From assembly GCA_029762575.1 (NCBI GenBank), contig JARVGL010000002.1, positions 1 through 55,631 of the forward strand: a stretch of 55,631 nt of DNA. The letters are read 5' to 3'. Shown here in pieces: positions 18,983-28,906 of the stretch. Position numbers and translations under genes: made by a program. This DNA comes from Thermoplasmatota archaeon (GTDB lineage Archaea; Thermoplasmatota; E2; DHVEG-1). Below the pieces are notes generated by a model, which was not told the DNA's origin, did not search any database, and saw only the letters and a list, made by a program, of their open reading frames with translations. Position 1 is the first letter of the stretch. Each line of letters opens with the position of its first letter.

Positions 18983-19016
18983 CCCATCCCCTCCTAGTGA
19001 GGCCAGCCTCCCTTCC
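18945..19016. other. GC-rich imperfect hairpin / structured element in an AT-rich spacer
   Basis: GGAAGG..GGCTGG (18945-18961) pairs with CCAGCC..CCTTCC (19003-19016). An inner hairpin is CCTC-CTAGT-GAGG (18990-19002). The flanks are strongly AT-rich. Confidence 0.4.
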
Positions 19017-19064
19017 TTTCTATAACCTTATTAAAAAAACATTTAAGTATAAACCTTTGTTTAT

Positions 19065-20729
19065 ATGCTCCCGATCTCTATGGGGAAAAAAATCACTGCT
19101 GCACGGGGGGACAGACTTCGTTGTAAGGGATGGAGACAAGAAGCTATCCTTCGGATGCTTGAGAATAACCTAGAAAACGCTGAGGTTCCAGATGAACTGA
19201 TCATTTACGGAGGCACAGGTAAGGCTGCTAGGGATTGGGATTGTTATGATGTCATCGTAAAAACATTAAAAGAACTTGAAAACGATGAGACCTTGGTCAT
19301 ACAATCAGGAAAACCTGTAGGTGTTTTTAGAACATGGGAGACATCTCCCAGGGTTGTCATGGCCAATTCAAACCTTGTTCCCCATTGGAGTAATTGGACA
19401 AAATTTTATGAACTGGAGAAGCAAGGATTGATGATGTATGGACAGATGACCGCAGGATCATGGTGCTATATTGGGACACAAGGTATCATTCAGGGTACTT
19501 ATGAGACATTCTCATCTCTTGCGAAAAAACATTATGATTCTGATCTAGGTGGAAAGATCGTTCTCACTGGTGGTATGGGTGGTATGGGTGGTGCTCAACC
19601 TTTAGCTGTGAAGATGGCTGGTGGTGTGTGTATCGATGTGGATTGTGATGAAAAACGAATAGATCGCCGAGTTAACATCGGGTTCTGTGACCAGAAACTC
19701 TTTGATGTCAAAGAGACCATTGCACTTGCAGAAAATGCAAAGGAGAACAAAACAGCGATATCTATAGGGCTTGTGGGTAATTGTGCAGATGTTTTCCCTT
19801 TACTTGTCAAGCAAGGATTCAAACCTGATGTGGTGACCGATCAGACCTCTGCTCATGATGAACTCAATGGGTATGTTCCCGTGGGATACTATGGTGATTC
19901 CTTAAAGGATGCCCTAACCTTAAGAAAAAATGATCCAGCAGAATATATCAAGAGATCCATGAAAAGCATGATGCTGCATTGTAAAGCGATGATTGAATTC
20001 CAAAAAAATGGCTCTATCGTGTTTGACTATGGGAATAATCTGAGGGGACAAGCATTAAAGGCAGGTTTGAAGAATGCCTTTGATTACCCTGGGTTTGTTC
20101 CTGCATATGTACGTCCAATGCTTTGTGTTGGTCGAGGGCCGTTCCGATGGCTTTCACTATCCGGCGACCCAGAAGATATCAAAAGAACTGATGATCTTGT
20201 AATAAAACTATTCCCCAAGGACGCCATCCTTTCAAACTGGATCACTCTTGCTGAGAGATATATACCTTGGGAAGGACTTCCTGCAAGGGTCTGTTGGTTG
20301 GCATATGGTGACCGAATGATCTTTGCCCTTGCCATCAATGATTTAGTGAGGAAAAAAGAGATAGGCCCTATTGCGATCACTAGGGATCATCTTGATAGCG
20401 GCAGTGTTGCTTCACCATATAGGGAAACGGAATCCATGAGAGATAACAGTGATGCTGTTGCTGATTGGCCGCTGTTAAATGCTCTTCTTAATTGTGCGGC
20501 GGGTGCAGATAGTGTACAGATCCATAATGGTGGCGGGGTTGGAATTGGGTTATCCACCCATGCGGGGATGGTCGTTGTCTGTGATGGAACCAAGGCAACA
20601 GACGAACGGATCAAACGTGTCTTCACAACGGACCCTGGGATTGGTGTGATACGACATGCGGATGCTGGATATAGTGAGGCAATCGAAGTCATCCACAGAT
20701 CAGATCTTAGAGATCCTATGATACCATAA
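19065..20729 (+). CDS. hutU: Urocanate hydratase
   Basis: 554 aa. RGDRLRCKGWRQEAILRMLENNLE, IIYGGTGKAARDW, MMYGQMTAGSW and GGMGGMGGAQP. An alternative, probably leaderless, ATG is at 19080. Confidence 0.9.
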   Translation: MLPISMGKKITAARGDRLRCKGWRQEAILRMLENNLENAEVPDELIIYGGTGKAARDWDCYDVIVKTLKELENDETLVIQSGKPVGVFRTWETSPRVVMANSNLVPHWSNWTKFYELEKQGLMMYGQMTAGSWCYIGTQGIIQGTYETFSSLAKKHYDSDLGGKIVLTGGMGGMGGAQPLAVKMAGGVCIDVDCDEKRIDRRVNIGFCDQKLFDVKETIALAENAKENKTAISIGLVGNCADVFPLLVKQGFKPDVVTDQTSAHDELNGYVPVGYYGDSLKDALTLRKNDPAEYIKRSMKSMMLHCKAMIEFQKNGSIVFDYGNNLRGQALKAGLKNAFDYPGFVPAYVRPMLCVGRGPFRWLSLSGDPEDIKRTDDLVIKLFPKDAILSNWITLAERYIPWEGLPARVCWLAYGDRMIFALAINDLVRKKEIGPIAITRDHLDSGSVASPYRETESMRDNSDAVADWPLLNALLNCAAGADSVQIHNGGGVGIGLSTHAGMVVVCDGTKATDERIKRVFTTDPGIGVIRHADAGYSEAIEVIHRSDLRDPMIP

Positions 20730-20792
20730 TTCTGATTTAACGGAGGATAAGATTTTTAAAAGATGCTTTCTTCCCAGGATATGTAGATCTAA

Positions 20793-21887
20793 ATGGAAAA
20801 TATTTCTCGATACGCCAATCTATTCATCGGTCAGCTCTTAGACATCTTTGGGTTTCAAACAGAACCGATCGTGCGTGAAATCCTAACAATGATTATATTG
20901 TTGATACTCTGGCTTTTTTTTGGTTGGCTTATCTATACGATCATTGAACGGTATTTCATGAAGTTAGCTAAGAAGACAAAGACGAAACTTGATGATGAGA
21001 TATTAAAAAACATTAAATTACCTCTCTATCTCTTCATTATTGTCACTGGTTTTTATTATACGATTGAACCATTGAGTTTTATTCAACCGTTTACAGATAC
21101 AGTGGCATTACTCTTTGTCATTATCGAGATTTTACTTGCTACCTTTGTAGTAACAAGAATAGTCAATGTACTCGTTTCATGGTATCATGAGAAACAGAAA
21201 GAGAAAAAAAGGGATCTAAGCGACCATCTCATCTTCATATTAAGAAAGATAATTCATCTTATTATCTATCTTTTTGCTTTCTTCATTATTCTCTATGTGT
21301 TTGAGATCGATCTCTCCGGTGTTGTTGTTGGTCTAGGTGTCGGAGGTATCGCGATTGCCTTTGCATTGCAAAATATTCTTGGAGATGTATTTAGTGCTTT
21401 TACCATCTATTTTGATAGACCCTTTGAGATTGGGGATTATATCACCATTGGATCAGATGCAGGTGTTGTTAAAAAAATTGGGATTAAATCAACACGTATC
21501 CAGACACTTCAAGGAGAAGAACTAGTTGTGTCAAATCATGAATTAGTGAACACCCGTATACGCAACTTCAAAAAGATGAAGAAACGGCGTATCACCTTTA
21601 CTTTTGGTGTCATCTATGATACTCCTCAGGAGAAATTAAAAAAAATACCAGATATCGTGAAAAAGATTCTTAGTTCCCTAAATCTTGCAGAGTTGGATAG
21701 GGTACATTTCAAGGAATTTGGTAGTTTCAGCCTCACTTTTGAAGTGGTCTACTATATTAAATCAAAAGAGTATTCTCGATATATGGATACACAACAAGAA
21801 ATTAATCTGGAGATAAAAAAAGCTTTTGAGAAAGAAGGAATTGAAATGGCTTTCCCAACCCAAACTGTCTTTTTAAAAGATGCATGA
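20793..21887 (+). CDS. MscS-family mechanosensitive channel
   Basis: 364 aa. N-terminal TM helices, pore-helix region GGIAIAFALQNILGDVFSAF, then the beta domain FEIGDYITIG..GVVKKIGIKSTRIQT. Confidence 0.7.
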   Translation: MENISRYANLFIGQLLDIFGFQTEPIVREILTMIILLILWLFFGWLIYTIIERYFMKLAKKTKTKLDDEILKNIKLPLYLFIIVTGFYYTIEPLSFIQPFTDTVALLFVIIEILLATFVVTRIVNVLVSWYHEKQKEKKRDLSDHLIFILRKIIHLIIYLFAFFIILYVFEIDLSGVVVGLGVGGIAIAFALQNILGDVFSAFTIYFDRPFEIGDYITIGSDAGVVKKIGIKSTRIQTLQGEELVVSNHELVNTRIRNFKKMKKRRITFTFGVIYDTPQEKLKKIPDIVKKILSSLNLAELDRVHFKEFGSFSLTFEVVYYIKSKEYSRYMDTQQEINLEIKKAFEKEGIEMAFPTQTVFLKDA

Positions 21888-22051
21888 TTGCTTTTTTTCA
21901 TTTCTCTCTTAATTTCTATCCTAGCTTTTGTGTTTTAAGAGTATACATCTATTTTTTTGTGTTACAATGCGTTAAAAAACATAGGGTAGATAAGGCCTGT
22001 CAACATATGTGAAGAGGGATCTTACAAGATTTAAATTTAATAACATATATG

Positions 22052-22432
22052 TTATAAATAATAGGATATTGAAAGACCTAATGCTATAAAAAGCACCAAT
22101 GCAATAACGACTGCAACAACGATACTCATTAGAAATGCGAGAAACGATTTGATCCAACCCACCGTATAAAAGCGTTTGATAAGGTATAGAAAAACAACGA
22201 ATCCAAGTAAGACACCAAAGGGATAAAAGCTTAATGCAAACAAGACGATGTTACCAAGGATTACGACTGTTATGGCCCTTGATAGTTTTTTCTTCTCAAA
22301 CCCAAGAAGACCTGTTCCTATATGAAGTAAAAAAGCACTAAAAAGAAGAGTCATGAAAAAATAGAAAATGTGATGGATGAGAGTGATATCCAAACCCATT
22401 ATATCCATATTCATGCGTATCAACCCATACAA
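22052..22432 (-). CDS. Small polytopic membrane protein, unknown function
   Basis: 126 aa with about four hydrophobic helices. No motif recognised. Confidence 0.35.
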   Translation of the reverse strand: MYGLIRMNMDIMGLDITLIHHIFYFFMTLLFSAFLLHIGTGLLGFEKKKLSRAITVVILGNIVLFALSFYPFGVLLGFVVFLYLIKRFYTVGWIKSFLAFLMSIVVAVVIALVLFIALGLSISYYL

Positions 22433-22504
22433 TCGTTACCCATTTAAAAATGTTTTAGAATAAATCACGCTACCTCTATGATGAAGTAGTGTGGATGTAG
22501 CTAG

Positions 22505-23587
22505 TTATAACCATTTTTTTCTTTTAAAGAACCATATCATGGTCACGCTGATTGAGAGCATGATGAACAATGCAAAAGGATAACCTAGGTACCAGGTAAG
22601 TTCCGGCATGTTAAACGGTGAGATATCCGCATCAAAATTCATACCATAGATACCAGCAACAAAAGTTAATGGAATGAATATTGCTGCAAAGATCGTAAGA
22701 ACCTTCATCACCTCATTCATCTTGTTAGACACACTGGACATATAGATATCAAACATCCCAGATATCATATCTCGAAATGTTTCAACAGTGTCAATGACCT
22801 GGATGGTATGATCATAGACATCTCTTAGAAAGATACCTGTTGCTTTTGTGATTAAGGGAGATTCTCCACGTAAAAGACTACTAACAACCTCTCGGAGAGG
22901 CCACACAGATTTCCGTAAAAAGATCATATCGGATTTAAATGAATGGATTCTCTGCAGCGTCTCTGGTTTTGGGTTATCTAGTAATTCATCTTCAACAGCC
23001 TCTATTGATTCACCGATGTTTTCAAGAATGTTGAAATAGTGATCGACTACAGCATCAAACAATGAATACGCCAGATAATCTGTACCCATCTTCCTGATAC
23101 GTCCCGTTCCTGAGCGTATTCGTTCCCTGATAGGGTCAAAGATGTCACCGTGACGTTCTTGAAAGCTAATGACGACATGTTTCATAAGGAGGATACTTAC
23201 TTGTTCTGATTCGATCTGCTTCTCTTTTTTTTGTTGATATAGCATTTTGAATACGAGATAGATATAATCATCAAAAATCTCCATCTTAGGCCTTTGACTC
23301 GTGTTCATGATATCTTCAAGAACAAGGGGATGGATGTTGAAATGTGTTCCAATAGCTTGTATGATAGATGGATCATGGATGCCCTCGATGTTGATCCAGG
23401 TGACACTATCAGTGTCTTTAAATGGAAAACATTCATCGATTCGATCTAAATTCTTTTCTTGTACGGTCTCTTTTGTGTAATCGATGACCTGAAGTCCAAT
23501 GGTCTCTGATGTCTTCCTCCCTATATGAATGAGGGATCCCGGTGGAAGACCTATGGTTTTTGACCCTTTTCTCATCGGTAAAGACAT
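22505..23587 (-). CDS. corA: CorA magnesium/cobalt transporter
   Basis: 360 aa. Two C-terminal TM helices with the YGMNF signature (AGIYGMNFD). Confidence 0.85.
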   Translation of the reverse strand: MSLPMRKGSKTIGLPPGSLIHIGRKTSETIGLQVIDYTKETVQEKNLDRIDECFPFKDTDSVTWINIEGIHDPSIIQAIGTHFNIHPLVLEDIMNTSQRPKMEIFDDYIYLVFKMLYQQKKEKQIESEQVSILLMKHVVISFQERHGDIFDPIRERIRSGTGRIRKMGTDYLAYSLFDAVVDHYFNILENIGESIEAVEDELLDNPKPETLQRIHSFKSDMIFLRKSVWPLREVVSSLLRGESPLITKATGIFLRDVYDHTIQVIDTVETFRDMISGMFDIYMSSVSNKMNEVMKVLTIFAAIFIPLTFVAGIYGMNFDADISPFNMPELTWYLGYPFALFIMLSISVTMIWFFKRKKWL

Positions 23588-23738
23588 ATATCTCTCACCA
23601 TAACACTATACCATTATATACAAAATCTCTTTAAATAAAAGCAGTGGAACCCTATCTTATATATTTTGTCATTTTCATGTATCAGGGTTTTTTTAGAACA
23701 AGAGAAAGCGCGGATATGTTTAGAACGAAGGGAGTATT

Positions 23739-23748
23739 CTTATAAATA
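23739..23748 (+). promoter_or_regulatory. Candidate TATA box for tRNA-Gln
   Basis: CTTATAAATA lies about 40 nt upstream of the tRNA 5' end. A second AT box sits at 23751-23760. Confidence 0.3.
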
Positions 23749-23784
23749 GTCGTTTTATTACTGTGTTAGTTCATAATTCCTCTT

Positions 23785-23857
23785 AGCCCCGTGGTGTAGC
23801 GGTCAATCATCATAGACTCTGGATCTATAGACTCCAGTTCGAATCTGGACGGGGCTA
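23785..23857 (+). tRNA. tRNA-Gln (anticodon CUG)
   Basis: Hand-folded. Acceptor AGCCCCG/CGGGGCT plus A73. Anticodon stem ATAGA/TCTAT with loop CT-CTG-GA. T-arm TCCAG-TTCGAAT-CTGGA. 73 nt, no intron. Confidence 0.9.
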
Positions 23858-23861
23858 TCAA

Positions 23862-24476
23862 CTAGGATACCATTGTAACTTCAATGGTATCATCCAAATG
23901 GATAAGAGCCCCGCTACCCTTTTTTCCTATACTGCAATTAACCACCACTGTTTCTTTTAATTTTGTAACCCCTGGGTCTTCATGGATATGTCCACAAAGG
24001 ACCAATCGAGGAGTATATGTTTGAATGATCCCGTATATCTCTTTATCGCCAGCATGTCTTCCGAGAAAAACCGTATCTTGGCTTCCGTAGGGCGGAACAT
24101 GAGAGACCAATACGTCACATCCCTTTAGCATCTTTTGGTTTAACGGATTCTGTGAAAACGATTGGGTCTCTGTTGGGTCTACTCCATTGATGCCCACAAA
24201 AACGATATCTTGATAGATACATTGTTTCAAATGGATATTATTTGCATGGCTTTGTTCTATCCCTCTCACTGCATCAAGAGTATCTATGTTTCCGGGTACG
24301 ACAAGAACAATGCCAGGTATCTGATCAAGAAAGTTCTTTGCTATATCCGCTGGTCCAAACTGGGTGATATCACCACAGATGATCACAATGTCGGGGGAAT
24401 GTTCCTGGATCTTGTCTAGAACCATGTTCAAACGATATTGTGACCCATGTATATCAGCAGCAGCGTATATCTTCAT
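23862..24476 (-). CDS. Calcineurin-like metallophosphoesterase
   Basis: 204 aa. AAADIHGS, ICGDITQFG, VPGNID and CGHIHE motifs. Confidence 0.6.
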   Translation of the reverse strand: MKIYAAADIHGSQYRLNMVLDKIQEHSPDIVIICGDITQFGPADIAKNFLDQIPGIVLVVPGNIDTLDAVRGIEQSHANNIHLKQCIYQDIVFVGINGVDPTETQSFSQNPLNQKMLKGCDVLVSHVPPYGSQDTVFLGRHAGDKEIYGIIQTYTPRLVLCGHIHEDPGVTKLKETVVVNCSIGKKGSGALIHLDDTIEVTMVS

Positions 24477-24781
24477 TTTTTTTTCACCTTTATTATTTGA
24501 CTTTCGTGAGGTGATACGGGTAATAGTTAATAAAATGATTTTCTGGATCGAATTTGATTTTAAGAAATCTCTTCTTTTTTTGTGTTGAGGGTCATATGGT
24601 ATTCTATCGCTTGTTCTGCTTATAATCAGATGAGATACCCTATGTATTTATCAATAGAGGTATTCTATTGATACAATCGGTGTTAAACAAGCCACTAGGA
24701 AAGAATCTTGACACATTGTATCATAAATAACCTCTAGGAACGCATAAATCAAATATACCACGAATATATTCCTGCAATACT

Positions 24782-26428
24782 ATGCCCGTTGTAACCTTTG
24801 ATTATAATGATTTCATTTCCATCCTTGGGTATGAGATACCAAAAAAGGATCTTATCGACCGTCTTCCGATGATAGGAGCTGATTTCGATAAGGTTGAAGG
24901 TGATGAAATAAGTATAGAGTTCTTTCCAGACAGACCTGATCTATCCTCGGTTGAAGGTGTCGCACGAGCCGCACGAGCATTTTTTGGATTTCAACTAGGG
25001 CTCAAAACATATACCACACAACCTTCAGAAGTTATCCTTACGGTTGATCCCTCTGTGAAACATATTCGCCCTTATGTTCGATGTGCTTTAGTAAAGAATG
25101 TCAACATGACCGATGAACTTATCACATCACTCATGGATCTACAAGAAAAACTTCATTTTGGTATCGGTCGAAACAGGAAAAAGGTCGCTATCGGTGTTCA
25201 CAACTATGAACCGGTCAAATCCCCCTTCACCTATAAAGCAGTTGATCCACAAACAGTTCAATTCGTTCCACTAGCAAAAATCGAATCAATGAATCTACAG
25301 GATATTCTCACCAAACATGAGAAAGGCGTATCATATGCACATTTACTGGACGGATTTCATACATATCCCCTCATAGTTGATGCACATAATAATGTTCTCT
25401 CGTTCCCACCAATCATCAACGGTTCGCTTACAGAGGTCACACCTTTCACCACTGAGATCTTCATCGATGTCACTGGGACAAACCTGTCTGCAGTTCAATA
25501 TGCGTTACATATCGTTACAACAGCTCTAGCTGAACGAGGGGCAACGATATATACCACGACGATACACGATAAAGACAAGACATATATCTCGCCAGATCTA
25601 ACGCCAAAAACCAAATCATTATCCATACCATATGTAAACAAGATATTAGGGACAACTTTTAATGGGTCACAGATCGATGAATGCCTTCGAAAAATGGGGT
25701 TTGAAGCAACTCTTGTATCAAAAGAACAGATTGATGTGAAAATACCATGCTGGAGAGCAGATATACTCCATGAAATCGATCTTATAGAAGATGTTGCAAT
25801 TGGATATGGCTACGATATGTTCAAACGAGATACTCCAACGGCATTAACCTTTGGAAAAAAACTTCCTTATCAATCAGCTTTCGATAAACTCCGGTTGGCA
25901 ATGATCGGATTTGGTTTTAACGAGGTCACCACGTTCACTATTTCAAATGAGAAAGATGAATATAAAAAACTAGGTCTTACCGTTGGCAAAAGGGTTGAAA
26001 TCCAGAATCCGATAGGTGAAGAATATAACTGTCTTCGAGTTAGTCTTCTTCCATCATTGTTAAAGATTCTTGCAGATAACAAACATTATAGTCTACCACA
26101 GCAGATCTTTGAGTTAGGCTTTGTTGTTGATGAAAACAATAAAAATCGCTATCATCTTGGAGGAATCAAGAGTAGTGCGAAAGCTCATTTTACCGAATGC
26201 AAATCCCTTGTTGAAGCAGTATTACATCAGATGGGAATAAAAGACACAAAGATCATAGAAAAAGATCATCCTGCGTTTGTTCAAGGACGCTGCGCAGCGG
26301 TCAACCATAAGGATGATACGGAGATAGGGTACTTTGGGGAACTACACCCACAGACAATTACAAACTTCTCATTAGAGCATCCGATCATTGCGTTTGAGAT
26401 TGATATACCAACGTTGCTATCTCACTAA
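24782..26428 (+). CDS. pheT: Phenylalanyl-tRNA synthetase beta subunit (archaeal type)
   Basis: 548 aa. N-terminal B3/4-like MPVVTFDYNDFISILGY..RLPMIGADFDKVEGDEISIEFFPDRPDL. Length and layout fit archaeal PheT. Confidence 0.85.
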   Translation: MPVVTFDYNDFISILGYEIPKKDLIDRLPMIGADFDKVEGDEISIEFFPDRPDLSSVEGVARAARAFFGFQLGLKTYTTQPSEVILTVDPSVKHIRPYVRCALVKNVNMTDELITSLMDLQEKLHFGIGRNRKKVAIGVHNYEPVKSPFTYKAVDPQTVQFVPLAKIESMNLQDILTKHEKGVSYAHLLDGFHTYPLIVDAHNNVLSFPPIINGSLTEVTPFTTEIFIDVTGTNLSAVQYALHIVTTALAERGATIYTTTIHDKDKTYISPDLTPKTKSLSIPYVNKILGTTFNGSQIDECLRKMGFEATLVSKEQIDVKIPCWRADILHEIDLIEDVAIGYGYDMFKRDTPTALTFGKKLPYQSAFDKLRLAMIGFGFNEVTTFTISNEKDEYKKLGLTVGKRVEIQNPIGEEYNCLRVSLLPSLLKILADNKHYSLPQQIFELGFVVDENNKNRYHLGGIKSSAKAHFTECKSLVEAVLHQMGIKDTKIIEKDHPAFVQGRCAAVNHKDDTEIGYFGELHPQTITNFSLEHPIIAFEIDIPTLLSH

Positions 26429-26453
26429 AACAACAAACAAAAACATTTGAAAA

Positions 26454-27977
26454 TTACTCAAGGGAACCAATACATTTTTCGACCTCATCTAAGATTTCAC
26501 CTACTTTTACCAGTTCCTTCATTGCTGTATGATCTGGATACAATGGTCTATCTACGTCCAGGAAATCTACATATTTGCGAACGATCTCTTTAGCCTTTGT
26601 TACACCTTTTCCAAAGGTATAGTCTCTAAGATCCAAAGCCTGAGCAGCTGCCATGAATTCAATCCCTAATACCCCATAGGCATTGTCAAGGATCTGGAAA
26701 TTCTTTATCGCGGTATTCATAGCCATAGAGACAAAATCCTCTTGGTCTGCTGCAGCGGGGATAGATTGGATAGAAGCTGGATTTGAAAGGATCCGTTGTT
26801 CAACAATGAGATGGTCCGCGGTATATTGGCTTAGCATGAGGCCAGAGAACATACCTGCTCCCTTTGTAAGGAACGCTGGGAGCCCCACACTCAATGCAGG
26901 ATTATTCAATCGATTCATACGACGTTCACTTAAGATTGAGACCATGGTTATAACATAGCCTGCCATATCCATAGGTACACCAACAGGACTACCTTGGAAA
27001 TTCGCTCCAGATATCTGAAGGTCTTCCTCAGGGAAAAACACGGGGTTATCTCCAACACCATTTAGTTCAATCTCAACTTGTTCTTTTGCCCATTTAAGAG
27101 CGTCATGAGCAGATCCAATGACCTGAGGCGAGGACCGCATACTATAGGCATCTTGTACTTTACAAGGCATTTTTCCAAGTTTAAGATCACCTCCTGCAAC
27201 TAATCTTTCAATTGCTATTGCACTTCGTATCGCTCCTGGAAAACCACGGGCTTCATGTAGTTTAGGGTTATATGGTCTCATATTTGCTTTCAAGGCCTCT
27301 AAACTCATTGCAGCAGCGATCTCAGCTTGTTTTAAGAAACGGTTTGCATCATAAAGAAAGATAGCACTCATAGCAGTGAGAAAATTTGATCCATTGATGA
27401 TAGCTAGACCATCTCTAGCTTGAAGACCAGGGATAGGGATACAAGCCTTTTCCATTGCTTTTTTACCGGGGAGTAATTCTCCTTTATAATATGCTTTACC
27501 TTCTCCAATCATCAGTAACGCGATCTGAGACATTGGGGCAAGATCGCCACAGGCACCAACACTACCCTTTTGACAAACATAAGGTGTCACACCTTTATTT
27601 AACATTTCAACAAGTGTCTGAGTTATTTCTGGACGAACTGCAGATTGTCCGTGGGCATGAACATTGATACGTGCAACCATTGCACCACGGACATATTCGA
27701 CTGGGGCAGGGTCGCCAATCCCTGCTGCATGATTATAGATGAGATATTTTTGGAACTCTTTAATTTGATCAGGAGTAAGGACTATTTCAGAGAATTCACC
27801 AATGCCCGTGTTCACTCCATACATTATCTCTTCTGCTTGGATTTTTTTCTCAAGCAGTCTTCGACATTTTTCAATCTTTTTTAATGATTTTGCGTCCAAT
27901 TTCACTTTTTCTTCAAATCGTGATATCTTTACAAGTTTCTCAATGGTGAGACCTGATCCGCTTAACGTGATGGTCAT
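26454..27977 (-). CDS. hutH: Histidine ammonia-lyase (MIO enzyme family)
   Basis: 507 aa from the internal ATG (MTITLSGSGLTIEKLV), with GGGGGT upstream. YGVNTGIGEF and GSVGACGDLAPMS (MIO region, Cys in place of the usual Ser). The track ORF extends to 28088 with an unlikely extension. Confidence 0.85.
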   Translation of the reverse strand: MTITLSGSGLTIEKLVKISRFEEKVKLDAKSLKKIEKCRRLLEKKIQAEEIMYGVNTGIGEFSEIVLTPDQIKEFQKYLIYNHAAGIGDPAPVEYVRGAMVARINVHAHGQSAVRPEITQTLVEMLNKGVTPYVCQKGSVGACGDLAPMSQIALLMIGEGKAYYKGELLPGKKAMEKACIPIPGLQARDGLAIINGSNFLTAMSAIFLYDANRFLKQAEIAAAMSLEALKANMRPYNPKLHEARGFPGAIRSAIAIERLVAGGDLKLGKMPCKVQDAYSMRSSPQVIGSAHDALKWAKEQVEIELNGVGDNPVFFPEEDLQISGANFQGSPVGVPMDMAGYVITMVSILSERRMNRLNNPALSVGLPAFLTKGAGMFSGLMLSQYTADHLIVEQRILSNPASIQSIPAAADQEDFVSMAMNTAIKNFQILDNAYGVLGIEFMAAAQALDLRDYTFGKGVTKAKEIVRKYVDFLDVDRPLYPDHTAMKELVKVGEILDEVEKCIGSLE

Positions 27978-28233
27978 AGTGGTACCCCCGAATAATCTAT
28001 GTATCACCCGTGTATCTAATAATATACTATTAAGATTGTGATAGATACTCGATGAAAACAAAAATAAAAAAAATCTGATTGTTCTCATGTATTTATTAGT
28101 AACACATCATTTAAAGAGGAAATTATATCTAACGAAAGAGGAATAGTGGTCCTCTTATTAATTTTAACAGCATTATGAACCCTTAAATGGGTTCTCTAAA
28201 ATTCATCTTTATGAACAAATCAAGATACATCCT

Positions 28234-28785
28234 TTATTTCTGAAGGAGTCCTCTTGATGTGAGTTGGTTCACAATTTCTTCTACTGCTCTTGATATATCC
28301 TCAAAATTTCTTGCTCCAGCACATACCATCTTTCCAGATGAAAAAAGAAGTAATGCTACCTTTGGGTCATCCAATCGATAGACAAGACCGGGGAATTGCT
28401 CTGGTTCATATTCCACATTTTCTAAACCTAAACCCACAGCTACTTCATTGAGATTCAGTTCACCTTCTAGATCGGCTGTTGCTACAATGTTTTGGATGAC
28501 GATATCTTTGTCTTTGTTGACACTTATTCCTAGATTCTTCAACAAATCAGCAATGATATCTATTGTCTTATGAACGTCTTCGATTGTCTTTGCACCAGTA
28601 CAGTTAGCTCTTCCACTTTTAAAAAGAAGCGTTGCTGTTTTAGGATCGCTCAACCGGTATACTGCTCCAGGAAATTGTTCTGGTTCATATTCGACCTTGT
28701 CAAGTGATTGTGCTATGAGGTCGAGATCTAACTTTTCTGAGAATTTTGCTGATGCAACAATATTTTGTATTCTAATTTCTGCCAT
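28234..28785 (-). CDS. tbp: TATA-box binding protein
   Basis: 183 aa. Two direct repeats (IQNIVASA...EQFPGAVYRL / IQNIVATA...EQFPGLVYRL). Confidence 0.95.
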   Translation of the reverse strand: MAEIRIQNIVASAKFSEKLDLDLIAQSLDKVEYEPEQFPGAVYRLSDPKTATLLFKSGRANCTGAKTIEDVHKTIDIIADLLKNLGISVNKDKDIVIQNIVATADLEGELNLNEVAVGLGLENVEYEPEQFPGLVYRLDDPKVALLLFSSGKMVCAGARNFEDISRAVEEIVNQLTSRGLLQK

Positions 28786-28852
28786 ACTTCACTTCCCTAA
28801 TCTTTTTTAGTATTAAACATTATATTCAACGATGCATTGTATTTATATGTTT

Positions 28853-28906
28853 AATGTTTTCTATTGTTTTGCAAGTCGTCATTGTTTTTTAGTTTGTAAA
28901 TGTTTT
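28853..28906. repeat. Four copies of the octamer A(A/T)TGTTTT upstream of tbp
   Basis: AATGTTTT at 28853, ATTGTTTT at 28863, ATTGTTTT at 28881, AATGTTTT at 28899. Spacings are 10, 18 and 18 nt. They lie 70-120 nt upstream of the tbp start. Confidence 0.4.

Noticed and set aside
19569-19592. A tandem DNA repeat, GGTGGTATGGGTGGTATGGGTGGT.
   Set aside because: It simply encodes the conserved GGMGGMGG NAD-binding loop of urocanase.
24640-24680. An 8-bp hairpin, TCAATAGA-GGTAT-TCTATTGA, in the phosphoesterase/pheT divergent spacer.
   Set aside because: It is a short AT-rich palindrome of the sort expected by chance in AT-rich promoters, and nothing else supports it.
26454-28088. N-terminal extensions in the longest-ORF calls for hutH. 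The same applies to 41022 (carbamate kinase), 31376 (radB), 31352 (lrp), 18404 (lsm), 13328 (UPF0282) and 39338 (adenosine-kinase-like). Some look like signal peptides.
   Set aside because: In each case, family-typical N-termini begin at an internal Met that has an SD or TATA at the correct distance. The extensions are AT-rich promoter DNA that happens to lack stop codons.
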